DNA of 51,471 nucleotides from Mariprofundaceae bacterium (GCA_015488125.1 WFOJ01000096.1:1-51471); one strand, 5' to 3'. Positions 38,188 to 47,526 are shown, numbered from the stretch's first letter. Program-made: numbers and translations. Notes: a model not told the origin generated them from the sequence alone.

Positions 38188-41100
38188 TTGGCTGACAATA
38201 TTCGCGAAATACCCTATAACTACACCTCCTATTCGGATCGGGAAATCGTTATCCGCTTCCTGGGGGAGGAAAGCTGGGATGATCTGAATGTATTGCGCTC
38301 GCAACGACGCACTGGCCGCTCGGCGCGCATGCTCTTTGAAATTCTTGGCGATCTATGGATGGTCGAGCGTAATATTTATTTGAAGAACACGCTGTTGCAG
38401 CAGCCACGCAAGCGGCGCGCCATGCAGCAACGGCATGCCAGCCGTTTGCAACGCATTATTGAAGGGGCCACAGATAATCCCCGGGCACGCAAGGTAGCGG
38501 GTCAGCTGGAGCAGGCGCTGGAAGCCTTTGCGCAATGGTTTGAGCGAGAGCCGCAACGGCGCAAACAGGCCGAGAAAGCCTTTTCCCGTCATACCCACCG
38601 TAACAACGTGCATTTTGATGCCTATACCCTGGCGCATCATGCTACTGACGCCACGGACTGGCGTTCACACCTGCCATTTTGCGTGCTGACGCCGGATAGC
38701 GCAGAAGAAATTCCCGGCCTGATTCGCGCCGCCAAGGCGTTGGATCTGGCATTGATTCCACGCGGCGGCGGCACGGGACTATGTGGTGGCTCTGTACCAC
38801 TGACTGATCGCGCTGTGATCATCAACATGGAAAAGCTGGACTTTATCGACGACGTGCGCATGCAAAACATTCGCGACGATGAAGACGACAATTCAGCTCA
38901 CATGGTGCCCACGATTCGGGCTGGCGCCGGGGCGGTGACAGGACGGGTGATGGAAGCTGCCCAACCCCATGTGTTTGCTACCGATCCGACCAGTCTGTGG
39001 GCTTGTACCATTGGCGGTAATGTTGCTTCCAATGCCGGTGGCAAGCATGCCGTCATCTGGGGCACCTGCCTGGATAATCTGCTGGCCTGGCGCATGATTG
39101 ATGCTGAAGGCAACTGGCTGGATGTTCGCCGCCTCAATCACAATATGGGCAAGATTCATGATGAAGAAGAGGTGCAGTTTCGCATTCGGCGCACGGATTC
39201 ACAATCTTCTGCGGTGCTTGCTGATGAAATTCTGACCATTCCCGGCAGTGAGTTTCGTCGTCAGGGGCTGGGCAAGGATGTCACCCGCAAGGCCATGCGT
39301 GGCCTGCCGGGCATTCAGAAGGAAGGCTGCGATGGCCTTGTGGTGGAAGCAACGTTTGTGCTGCACAAAGCCTTTGCCTTCACGCGCACAGTCTGTTGTG
39401 AATTTTTCGGCCGCGATCTGGCACCGGCAACAGCAGCATTGGTCGCCATCAAGGAACAACTGGATGCCCTACCTGAGGCGCATATCGAAGGCTTTGAGCA
39501 TTTTGATGAAAAATACATCAAGGCGATTGACTATGTCTCCCGGAGTACGCGCCGTGAACAACCCCGCATGGTGCTGTTGATTGATATTTCCGGTGATGAT
39601 GAACATGCTGTAGCGGAAGGCGCAGCGCTGGTCACACGTCTGACATCACAAGGCAACGGCGAAGGTTTTGTTGCCGTGCAGCAGCAGGATCGCCATGCTT
39701 TCTGGGCTGATCGCAGCCGCATGGCCGCCATTGCCCGCCACACACGCGCCTTCAAGCTGAACGAAGACGTGGTTATTCCCCTGCCCCGCCTGCACGAATA
39801 CAGCGACTTTATTGAACGATTGAATATCGAGGCCTCGCTTGACAATAAAATTGCCATTATCGAGGCCGTTGAAGCATTCATCGAAACCTTGCGCCAGCAA
39901 TTGCAATCGGATGACGCACACCTTCGCGAAACCCTGGGGATTGCGGATGATAGCTATCTGCCGGAAAAACTGAACGAATGCGAGTTACTGCTCAGCGCTG
40001 TACGCATGGGCTGGATGAGTATTCGTCGGGGGCTGGATCTGCCTGCCGCACAATTGGAAATGTTGTTGCAGGATGTGGATTACGACCCTGACGAAACCGT
40101 GTTGCGCCTGATTCAGCGCGGCGGCCTGCGCATTTCCTACCGCGAGGAAATCGAGAAACCATTGCTCGATCGTTTTCGCGGTCATGAAGTCCTCTGCCAG
40201 CGTCTGCGCGACATTCATCAACGTGTACTCTCCAGCCGTATTGTGGTGGCCACGCATATGCATGCCGGCGATGGCAATGTGCATACCAATATCCCCGTCA
40301 ACTCCAACGACTATGCCATGATGAAGCAGGCCCACCACACGGTGGAGCTGATCATGCGCAAGGCCGTGGAACTTGGCGGTGTTATTTCCGGTGAACACGG
40401 CATTGGCATCACCAAGTTGCCCTACCTGGGGGAACAAGAGCTTCAGGAAGTCGCAGCCTATCTGCGGCAAGCCGATCCGGAACATCGTTTTAACCCTGGC
40501 AAGCTGATGCCGGATACCTCCCTGGCACTGACCTACACGCCCAGCTTTAATCTGCTGGAGCATGAAGCGGTGATTCTCGAAGCAGCGGAAATGACCGAGC
40601 TAACCGATGTGATTTCCCCCTGCCTGCGCTGCGGCAAATGCAAACCGGTGTGCAACACCCATTTTCCGCGTGCCAATATGCTGTATTCACCGCGCAACAA
40701 GATCCAGGCCAGTGGCGCCATGATTGAGGCCTTCCTCTACGAATCGCAAACAGGCGAGAATATTTCCTTTGAGCAATTCTCGGGCATGGCAGAAATTGCC
40801 GATCATTGCACCATCTGCCACAAATGCGAAAAACCCTGCCCGGTCAATATTGATTTTGGCCGCGTCAGCGAACGCATGCGCGCTGTGCTCAAGGCGCATG
40901 GCCAACGGCGCAGTAATCTGGGCACCCGCTTATCGCTGGGTTTTTTGAGCCTGCGTCAGGATGCGGCAGTCAAAGTAATGCGCAAGGCTTTGATTGATGG
41001 CGGCTATACGGCTCACCGCTGGCTGCACAGAATCGCAAAACAACTGGGTCTGCTGCGTCAGAATGCACAGCAGCGCCGCAATCTGGACGGCATCCCGGCG

Positions 41101-42003
41101 CAGGTGATCAGTTTTGTTGAACGCCCGCTGAAACAGGCGCCCACAGCAACAGCACGCACCATGCTAGGCATCGAAAGCCGCAGTAAAAACATGATTCCCG
41201 TTTTGCGTCAGCCAGCAATCCGCAGCAGCCGGGCCGTCTTCTACTTCCCCGGCTGTGGTTCCGAGCGTCTTTATTCGCAGATTGCACTGGCCACAGAGTT
41301 TATGCTCTATGAGCTGGGTATTCATGTGGTATTGCCACCGTCCTATGTCTGCTGCGGCTACCCTTCTTCGGCCAATGGCGACACGGAGCAGGGTCAGCGC
41401 ATGGTGTATGATAACCGCGTCATGCTGCACCGCCTGAAAAATGCCTTGTCCTATCTTGATTTTGAGGCCGTTGTTGTTTCTTGTGGCACCTGCTTTGACC
41501 AGTTGGAGGAGTACCACTTACAGGAAGTCTTCCCTGATGCCCCGTTAATTGACATCCATGAGTATCTGGCAGAGCAAGGCATCGCGCTTGAAGCGGCTGG
41601 TCGGCGTTATGTTTACCACGAGCCTTGCCACACACCGCTGAAGCGCCACGGCTCGGCTCAGGCTGTGGCAACCCTGCTGGGGGCTGAGGCCATTGCTTCC
41701 GCCCAGTGTTGCGGTGAAGCAGGCACCATGGCCGTATCATCACCGGCGATTGCTGGCCGTATCCGCATGCGTAAGGAAGAAGAATTGCAACGCAATGCCG
41801 AAGCCATGCAGGATACGGCGGAGAAAAAAATCCTCACCTCCTGCCCCTCATGCCTGCAGGGACTGGGGCGACTGGAGCAGCAAAGCGGCCTGCAGGCTGA
41901 TTATATGGTGGTCGAACTGGTGCGCCAGCTCCACGGCGACGAATGGCAAAACATCGCCATCGAGCGCATTCGTCAACAGGGCGTGGAGTATGTGTTGATG
42001 TAG
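38188..42003 (+). CDS. 1271-aa multidomain oxidoreductase: DUF3683-like N-terminus + GlcD-type FAD domain + 2x[4Fe-4S] + two CCG (GlpC/GlcF-like) domains
   Basis: TTG start. The N-terminus is IREIPYNYTSYSDREIVIRFLG. FAD-binding PRGGGTGLCGGSVP, GEHGIGITK, CLRCGKCKPVCNT and CTICHKCEKPCPV, then FPGCGSE..CCGYP and YHEPCHT..QCCGEAGT. Confidence 0.9.
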   Translation: MADNIREIPYNYTSYSDREIVIRFLGEESWDDLNVLRSQRRTGRSARMLFEILGDLWMVERNIYLKNTLLQQPRKRRAMQQRHASRLQRIIEGATDNPRARKVAGQLEQALEAFAQWFEREPQRRKQAEKAFSRHTHRNNVHFDAYTLAHHATDATDWRSHLPFCVLTPDSAEEIPGLIRAAKALDLALIPRGGGTGLCGGSVPLTDRAVIINMEKLDFIDDVRMQNIRDDEDDNSAHMVPTIRAGAGAVTGRVMEAAQPHVFATDPTSLWACTIGGNVASNAGGKHAVIWGTCLDNLLAWRMIDAEGNWLDVRRLNHNMGKIHDEEEVQFRIRRTDSQSSAVLADEILTIPGSEFRRQGLGKDVTRKAMRGLPGIQKEGCDGLVVEATFVLHKAFAFTRTVCCEFFGRDLAPATAALVAIKEQLDALPEAHIEGFEHFDEKYIKAIDYVSRSTRREQPRMVLLIDISGDDEHAVAEGAALVTRLTSQGNGEGFVAVQQQDRHAFWADRSRMAAIARHTRAFKLNEDVVIPLPRLHEYSDFIERLNIEASLDNKIAIIEAVEAFIETLRQQLQSDDAHLRETLGIADDSYLPEKLNECELLLSAVRMGWMSIRRGLDLPAAQLEMLLQDVDYDPDETVLRLIQRGGLRISYREEIEKPLLDRFRGHEVLCQRLRDIHQRVLSSRIVVATHMHAGDGNVHTNIPVNSNDYAMMKQAHHTVELIMRKAVELGGVISGEHGIGITKLPYLGEQELQEVAAYLRQADPEHRFNPGKLMPDTSLALTYTPSFNLLEHEAVILEAAEMTELTDVISPCLRCGKCKPVCNTHFPRANMLYSPRNKIQASGAMIEAFLYESQTGENISFEQFSGMAEIADHCTICHKCEKPCPVNIDFGRVSERMRAVLKAHGQRRSNLGTRLSLGFLSLRQDAAVKVMRKALIDGGYTAHRWLHRIAKQLGLLRQNAQQRRNLDGIPAQVISFVERPLKQAPTATARTMLGIESRSKNMIPVLRQPAIRSSRAVFYFPGCGSERLYSQIALATEFMLYELGIHVVLPPSYVCCGYPSSANGDTEQGQRMVYDNRVMLHRLKNALSYLDFEAVVVSCGTCFDQLEEYHLQEVFPDAPLIDIHEYLAEQGIALEAAGRRYVYHEPCHTPLKRHGSAQAVATLLGAEAIASAQCCGEAGTMAVSSPAIAGRIRMRKEEELQRNAEAMQDTAEKKILTSCPSCLQGLGRLEQQSGLQADYMVVELVRQLHGDEWQNIAIERIRQQGVEYVLM

Positions 42004-42082
42004 GCGTTGCCGTGCATGCAAAAAGCGGCGGAAGCTGCCCTGGCTGGCACTGTTCTCGCCGCTCCCCAGGAGTCCGATGGAC

Positions 42083-43627
42083 TTACACCCCGGAGTATTG
42101 CGCGTGCACTTCGCGTGCATGGGTGTTGGGCAGACGGTTCAGGGCGGCGATAAACGCCTGCACGGAAGCGACGATAATATCGGTGTCCGCCCCCTGCCCG
42201 TTGACCGTGCGACCGCCATCTTCCAGCCGCACAGTGACTTCGCCTTGCGCATCGGTACCAGAGGTGATGGCGTTGACCGAATAGAGCAACAAACGCCCGT
42301 TGGGCTCAACCAGTGATTTAATCGCCTTGAAGGCGGCATCCACCGGCCCGTCACCGTGGCTGGTAGCGCTATGACGCTCGCCATTGATTTCCAGTTCAAC
42401 AGCCGCCACCGGCACATCACGGGTACCTGAGGCAACATGCAGGCTGATTAAGCGAACACGCTCTTTCACGGCATCGGCATCATCATTGAGAATCGCCAGC
42501 AAATCTTCGTCAAACACTTCTTTTTTCTTGTCAGCCAGCGTCTTGAAGCGGGCAAACACCTTGTCCAGCTGCTCGCCATCAACAGGCGCTCCCAATTGCG
42601 CATAACGATCCTTCAGCGCCGCCCGCCCTGAGTGCTTGCCCAGCACCATGCGATTGGTTTGCCAGCCGACAGATTCAGGGGTCATGATCTCATAAGTCTG
42701 CTGATGCTTGAGGATGCCGTCCTGATGAATCCCGGATTCGTGGGCAAATGCATTGGCACCGACAATCGCCTTGTTCGGCTGCACCGGCATGCCGGTGATC
42801 TGACTGGCCAGCTTCGAGGTTGGCACAATTTTTTCGTGCCTGATACCGGTTTCAATACAATAACGGTCACTTCGTGTGCGAAAAATCATGGCGATTTCTT
42901 CCAGCGCCGCATTGCCCGCACGTTCGCCCATACCGTTGATGGTACACTCCACCTGACGTGCGCCATTTTCCACCGCAGCCAGTGAATTGGCCACCGCCAG
43001 CCCCAGATCGTTATGACAATGCACCGAGAAGACAGCCTGATCGGCATTGGGCACCCGTTCACGCAGGGTGCGAATGCGCCAGCCAAATTCATCCGGCGTC
43101 ATATAGCCCACGGTATCGGGAATATTGATGATGCGGGCGCCGGCAGCAATCGTCGCCTCAACGATGCGGCACAAAAAATCCATCTCGGAGCGTCCGGCAT
43201 CCTCAGCCGAAAACTCAACTTCAGGCGACAAGCTGCGTGCCAGCTTCACCGCCGCCACCGCCTGCTCTACCACCTGATCTTCATCCATGCGCAATTTGGC
43301 CTGCATATGAATCGGGCTGGTGGCGATAAAGGTATGAATGCGTTGACGCTCGCCCGCCGGCGCAACGGCTTTGGCCGCCGCTTCAATATCACCCTTGCGC
43401 GCCCGCGCCAGACCGGCAATGCGCGGCCCGCTTATTTCACGGGCAATGCGCTGCACGGCAGCAAAATCGCCGGGAGAGGCGACAGGGAAGCCCGCCTCAA
43501 TTACATCCACGCCCAGCGCCGCCAAACCGTGCGCCATACGGATTTTTTCTTCCATGTCCATGGAGCAACCCGGCGATTGTTCCCCATCACGCAAGGTTGT
43601 ATCAAAAATATACAAGCGTTCAGCCAT
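42083..43627 (-). CDS. leuA: 2-isopropylmalate synthase
   Basis: MAERLYIFDTTLRDGEQSPG, HCHNDLGLAVANSLAAV and a C-terminal LeuA dimerisation/regulatory region. The ATG at 43627 is preceded by AGGAGAGG. Confidence 0.95.
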   Translation of the reverse strand: MAERLYIFDTTLRDGEQSPGCSMDMEEKIRMAHGLAALGVDVIEAGFPVASPGDFAAVQRIAREISGPRIAGLARARKGDIEAAAKAVAPAGERQRIHTFIATSPIHMQAKLRMDEDQVVEQAVAAVKLARSLSPEVEFSAEDAGRSEMDFLCRIVEATIAAGARIINIPDTVGYMTPDEFGWRIRTLRERVPNADQAVFSVHCHNDLGLAVANSLAAVENGARQVECTINGMGERAGNAALEEIAMIFRTRSDRYCIETGIRHEKIVPTSKLASQITGMPVQPNKAIVGANAFAHESGIHQDGILKHQQTYEIMTPESVGWQTNRMVLGKHSGRAALKDRYAQLGAPVDGEQLDKVFARFKTLADKKKEVFDEDLLAILNDDADAVKERVRLISLHVASGTRDVPVAAVELEINGERHSATSHGDGPVDAAFKAIKSLVEPNGRLLLYSVNAITSGTDAQGEVTVRLEDGGRTVNGQGADTDIIVASVQAFIAALNRLPNTHAREVHAQYSGV

Positions 43628-43729
43628 CACACCTCTCCTGTTGTATTGAAGCGGTTTCCAGATCAATACAACACATGCACCTGCCTTTTCAGGTTTATTG
43701 CAAGCTTTATTCGGAAATCGCCTCAAGGC

Positions 43730-43756
43730 AAAAAAAAAGCCGCGAAAAACGCGGCT
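43730..43756 (-). terminator. intrinsic terminator / attenuator hairpin upstream of leuA
   Basis: On the minus strand: AGCCGCG-UUUUU-CGCGGCU followed by a U9 run, about 100 nt upstream of the leuA ATG. Confidence 0.6.
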
Positions 43757-43777
43757 CGTGAAAATCCAGTCTGATAA

Positions 43778-43861
43778 TCAGTCAGTATGTTCATTGCACA
43801 CGAGCCTGCACCACCACAGCAGTGGTAGCGTCAGCAGTAAAAGGAAAAACGTGCGCTTCAT
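43778..43861 (-). CDS. candidate Leu-rich leader peptide (27 aa) for leuA attenuation
   Basis: My translation is MKRTFFLLLLTLPLLWWCRLVCNEHTD, with 8 Leu including 4 consecutive (CTT TTA CTG CTG). It ends 21 nt before the terminator stem. No convincing SD, and the ATG lies in a 7-bp hairpin arm. Confidence 0.4.
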   Translation of the reverse strand: MKRTFFLLLLTLPLLWWCRLVCNEHTD

Positions 43862-43923
43862 GCGCCGAATCATGAAGCATTGGCGTATTGAGTCAAGCAG
43901 GCCCAGGGCAATCGCATTAAAAA

Positions 43924-44097
43924 TCAACTTGCTCCCATCAGTAGAACCATCAGGTAATCATTGCCAGCCATTGTTAAGTCGCTTGTTTTGATGCCGATTT
44001 TTGATGATTTATCGGCCTTGATCAGGTTCAGGGCGATGTGCCGGATGACGGCCATGTTGGCAGCGCCGTTACCTTTGCGCATGCGTTGGGAATCCTG
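43924..44097 (-). pseudogene. C-terminal fragment of an ISAs1-family (H-repeat type) transposase
   Basis: My translation is QDSQRMRKGNGAANMAVIRHIALNLIKADKSSKIGIKTSDLTMAGNDYLMVLLMGAS*. It matches the conserved ISAs1 transposase tail (..R.GN...N.A..R..ALNLLK.....K.GIK.KR..A.W...YL...L) as I recall it. An in-frame stop lies immediately upstream. Confidence 0.6.
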
Positions 44098-44147
44098 TTA
44101 TGATTATGTGCGCAATATCGCCAGATAATCAGTGCATAACTGATGCT

Positions 44148-44312
44148 AGGAGTCTGTCGGACTTTGACAAATTTACTACGAAAAAACGGATATTGGCCAA
44201 ATATTCACCCTGTTTCTTTGTTAAATAGCGCTGCTATTCGCCGTAAACAGGTCGAATATTTGGCTCAATCCCGCTATTTCTCGTAACGATGACCAAAGTC
44301 CGACAGACTCCT
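44148..44312. repeat. 165-bp long imperfect palindrome (19-bp perfect outer arms)
   Basis: AGGAGTCTGTCGGACTTTG at 44148-44166 and its exact reverse complement at 44294-44312. Inner segments also pair (GGCCAAATATTCACCCTGTTT vs AAACAGGTCGAATATTTGGCT). No clean target duplication. Confidence 0.7.
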
Positions 44313-44314
44313 GG

Positions 44315-44427
44315 ACGCTCTAATGCCTGACTACTGACGGCCAGGGCTATATCAGATGGAAAAGCTGCCTGGCGATCTCCGGCTTGAAAAGAGAGAATCC
44401 TTTCCTAGCATAACGCCTTCGTGGCAC
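44315..44427 (-). pseudogene. frameshifted, degenerate internal fragment of the same ISAs1-type transposase
   Basis: Two adjacent frames read ..RKGFSLFKPEIARQLFH and SDIALAVSSQALER. These resemble the ISAs1 motif ..GCQKEIAQQI....ADYVLAVKxNQ..L. This is weak and needs alignment. Confidence 0.3.
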
Positions 44428-44596
44428 TTCGTTGTGTGTTGAGGGGTTTCAAATTTTCATGTTGACGTGCGCATTTGCGGGCAGGCGTCGGTATAGCGGC
44501 ATGCTATGCGTGAACTGGCCGCATTGTGATCCGTTGTGGGATACGAGGCTTCAACCGCAATTATCACGGTCTGCCAGTTTTTGGAATGGAGTTTGT

Positions 44597-45124
44597 ATGT
44601 TGAAAAAAATATTGCTGCTGGCTTGCGCAGCGACTTGTGCTGCGACCGCCCCGGTTGTAACTGCATCCGCAGCCAAGGCGACGGAATTGAAGCTGGGTTT
44701 TGTGGATTTGAAAGCGGGTATTGAAAACACCAAGCGTTACCAACGTGGTTTTGCTCGCCTGCAAAAATTAAAGGACCAGAAAAAGGCCGAATTGGATGCG
44801 CTCCGCAAACAAATTGACCAGGCCGAGAGTGATATTATGGGGCAATCCATGGCCATGTCGCCGGAACGCCTGAGCAAAAAGCAAAATGAGCTGAAGGAAC
44901 TCCGCAAGGCATTCACCCGCAAACAGCAGGACGCTCAGGAAGAATTGATGACGAAGAAAAACAATCTGGATGCCGAGGTATTAACCAGCTTTTATGAGGT
45001 GGTTCGTGATTACGGAAAACAGGAGAAATATGACTTCATACTGCAAAAGTCTTCTGTTTTCTATGCTGATCCCAGGTTTGATATTACACCCAAGATTACC
45101 GATCTTCTGGACAAGAAAAAATAA
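44597..45124 (+). CDS. skp: periplasmic chaperone Skp (OmpH family)
   Basis: Signal peptide MLKKILLLACAATCAATAPVVTASA, then KLGFVDL, a coiled-coil Lys/Glu/Gln-rich body, and a DIT..I..LL tail. The ATG at 44597 is preceded by GGAG. Confidence 0.85.
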   Translation: MLKKILLLACAATCAATAPVVTASAAKATELKLGFVDLKAGIENTKRYQRGFARLQKLKDQKKAELDALRKQIDQAESDIMGQSMAMSPERLSKKQNELKELRKAFTRKQQDAQEELMTKKNNLDAEVLTSFYEVVRDYGKQEKYDFILQKSSVFYADPRFDITPKITDLLDKKK

Positions 45125-45126
45125 CT

Positions 45127-46134
45127 ATGGCGGCGCTTTCGCTCGCTGAATTGGGCGAATTGCTACAATGCACAGCACCAGCGGTTGATCTACCGGCTAT
45201 TCACGGTGTGAATACGCTGGCTGCGGCGACGGAAGGCGAGGCATCTTTTCTGGCCAATAAGCGCTATCTGCCGGATTTATTGACAACGCGGGCATCCGTG
45301 GTGCTGGTGGACGAGGCAACGCAAGCCCGTTACGCCGGACAGGTAGACACTGTTTTGTGGGCTTGCCAGGACCCTTACCTCGCCTTTGCCCGGTTGCAGC
45401 GTCATTTTCATCCGCAACCGGTTAGCAGTGGCCGACGGCATCCCACGGCGGTGATTGCACCTGACGCACAGTTGGCTGATGATGTGGATGTTGCCGCTGG
45501 CGCAGTGATCGGCGAGGGCTGTCGTATCGCAGCAGGTTGTCTGATTGGCGCTGGCGCGGTGATTGGTCGGCATTGCCAGCTTGGTGAAAACTGTCTGATT
45601 CATCCTCGAGCGGTGATCGCTGATGGCTGTGTGCTGGGCAAACGTGTTATTCTTCAGTCAGGTGCCGTCATTGGCTCTGATGGCTTTGGTTATGCCTGGG
45701 ATGGCAAAGCGCATGTGAAAATCCCGCAAACGGGGATTGTCGAGCTTCATGATGATGTGGAAATTGGCGCCAATACCTGCATCGACCGTGGCGCGCTGGG
45801 CAACACAGTGGTGCATCAGGGTGTCAAAATTGATAATCTGGTGCAGCTTGGTCATAATGTTGAAATCGGCGCCTGTAGTGTGGTGGTCAGTCAAGTCGGT
45901 ATTTCCGGCTCCACGCATATCGGGCGCGGTTGTCAACTGGGCGGTCAGGCCGGGGTCGCAGGGCATTTGACTATTGGTGATGGCTGCAAGGTGGCTGCTC
46001 AAAGCGGCGTGATCAGTAATCTCGATGCTGGCGGCACCTATGGTGGTACGCCTGCCATCCCTCATCGCATGTGGCTACGCAGTATGGCCATGCTGAACCG
46101 TCTGCCGGAGCTGTTCAGAAAAAACAAGGCGTAG
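45127..46134 (+). CDS. lpxD: UDP-3-O-(3-hydroxyacyl)glucosamine N-acyltransferase
   Basis: 335 aa with hexapeptide repeats. GSDGFGYA..KIPQ.G.V...DVEIGANTCIDRGALGNTV is the LpxD core. Confidence 0.93.
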   Translation: MAALSLAELGELLQCTAPAVDLPAIHGVNTLAAATEGEASFLANKRYLPDLLTTRASVVLVDEATQARYAGQVDTVLWACQDPYLAFARLQRHFHPQPVSSGRRHPTAVIAPDAQLADDVDVAAGAVIGEGCRIAAGCLIGAGAVIGRHCQLGENCLIHPRAVIADGCVLGKRVILQSGAVIGSDGFGYAWDGKAHVKIPQTGIVELHDDVEIGANTCIDRGALGNTVVHQGVKIDNLVQLGHNVEIGACSVVVSQVGISGSTHIGRGCQLGGQAGVAGHLTIGDGCKVAAQSGVISNLDAGGTYGGTPAIPHRMWLRSMAMLNRLPELFRKNKA

Positions 46135-46282
46135 AAAACGGCTGTTTTTTCTTTTTTTGACTGCATGCAGTTGACCTTGGTGGTTGGTTGATGCCTTGTA
46201 TGGCAAACATCATACATGCGACGGAAGCTGATCGCGCGTTCCCGCGTTCCATTCTAACGCAGACTCACATTTGAAGGTGTTT

Positions 46283-46726
46283 ATGTCTCTGAATATTGAT
46301 GATATCCTCAGTTATTTACCGCATCGCTACCCGTTTTTGCTGGTTGACCGGGTGCTTGATTACGAACCGGAAACATCGATCCGGGCGCTCAAGAACGTCA
46401 CCGTCAATGAGCCGCATTTCACCGGGCATTTTCCCGATGCGCCGGTGATGCCTGGGGTGTTGATCGTCGAAGCCATGGCCCAGACCGGTGGCATTCTTGC
46501 CTTTCATTCGGCACCGAAAGACAAGGAATATCTGGTGTATTTTACCGGTATTGATAACGTGCGTTTTCGCAAGCCGGTACGTCCTGGCGATCAGTTGATT
46601 TTTGATCTTAGCTGTTTGCGGCGGCGTGGTCACATGTGGCGTTTCAAGGCTGAAGCGCGGGTAGATGACCAACTGGTATGCTCTGGAACCTTGATGGCAA
46701 CGCTGATGCCAAGGGAAAACGCATGA
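46283..46726 (+). CDS. fabZ: 3-hydroxyacyl-ACP dehydratase
   Basis: ILSYLPHRYPFLLVDRVL, NEPHFTGHFPDAPVMPGVLIVEAMAQ. The ATG at 46283 is preceded by GAAGG. Confidence 0.95.
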   Translation: MSLNIDDILSYLPHRYPFLLVDRVLDYEPETSIRALKNVTVNEPHFTGHFPDAPVMPGVLIVEAMAQTGGILAFHSAPKDKEYLVYFTGIDNVRFRKPVRPGDQLIFDLSCLRRRGHMWRFKAEARVDDQLVCSGTLMATLMPRENA

Positions 46727-47526
46727 GCTGCCAGATTCACCCCACTGCCATTGTTGCAAGCGGGGCGAAGATTGGTGATAAAGTGCGTATCGGGCCTTAT
46801 TGCGTGGTCGATGAGCACGTTGAAATCGGTGATGACTGCCATTTATATTCCCATGTTGTGATCAGCGGGCATACGCGCATCGGTTGTCGCAACCGCTTTT
46901 TTCCGTTTTGCAGTATTGGCCATGAACCACAGGATCTGAAGTATCACGGTGAGGATTCCGTCGTGGTGATCGGCGACGACAATACCATTCGTGAAAACGT
47001 CACCATTAACCCTGGCACTGAGGGAGGGGGCATGCTCACCCGCATCGGCAATCATAATTTATTGATGGCCTATGTGCATATCGCCCATGATTGCCTGTTG
47101 GGTAATCGCATTGTCATGGCCAACTGTGCCACGCTGGCTGGCCATGTAAGCATTGATGATGATGCGATTATCGGTGGTATGTCAGCCATCCACCAGTTCC
47201 TTCGGGTGGGAAGGCTGGCGATGATCGGTGGTATGAGTGGCATTGTTCAGGACGTGCCACCTTATACCTTGACCGCTGGTGGCTATCGTCCCGGCCTTGT
47301 CGGTCTAAATGCCGTGGGACTTAAACGGCATGGCTTCAGCGCCTCGGATATGCGTGATCTTAAAGAAGTGTATCGTTTGTTGTTACAGGGAACAGGCGAG
47401 CTTCAGAGCCGACTGGAACAGGCTTATGCATTAACGGACGAGGATACGCACGCCCGTCATTTGGTGGATTTTGTGCAATCGGCCAAACGAGGCATCACAC
47501 CACACCGGCGTGAGCAACGAAATTAA
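46723..47526 (+). CDS. lpxA: acyl-ACP--UDP-GlcNAc O-acyltransferase
   Basis: MSCQIHPTAIVASGAKIGDKVRIGPYCVV, hexapeptide repeats and HIAHDC. The ATGA overlaps the fabZ stop. Confidence 0.95.
   Translation: MSCQIHPTAIVASGAKIGDKVRIGPYCVVDEHVEIGDDCHLYSHVVISGHTRIGCRNRFFPFCSIGHEPQDLKYHGEDSVVVIGDDNTIRENVTINPGTEGGGMLTRIGNHNLLMAYVHIAHDCLLGNRIVMANCATLAGHVSIDDDAIIGGMSAIHQFLRVGRLAMIGGMSGIVQDVPPYTLTAGGYRPGLVGLNAVGLKRHGFSASDMRDLKEVYRLLLQGTGELQSRLEQAYALTDEDTHARHLVDFVQSAKRGITPHRREQRN

Noticed and set aside
43013-43774. 253-aa + strand ORF
   Set aside because: It is antisense to leuA and has shadow-frame composition.
44148-44312. Long hairpin considered as 6S RNA or another structured ncRNA
   Set aside because: It is almost perfectly palindromic, without the large central bubble of 6S RNA. 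It is embedded in a transposase remnant, so a repeat or MITE-like origin is more parsimonious.
46117-46152. 10-bp perfect inverted repeat AGAAAAAACA / TGTTTTTTCT after lpxD, considered as a terminator
   Set aside because: The stem is almost entirely A:U with a 16-nt loop, so it is unlikely to be a stable intrinsic terminator. lpxD and fabZ are normally co-transcribed.
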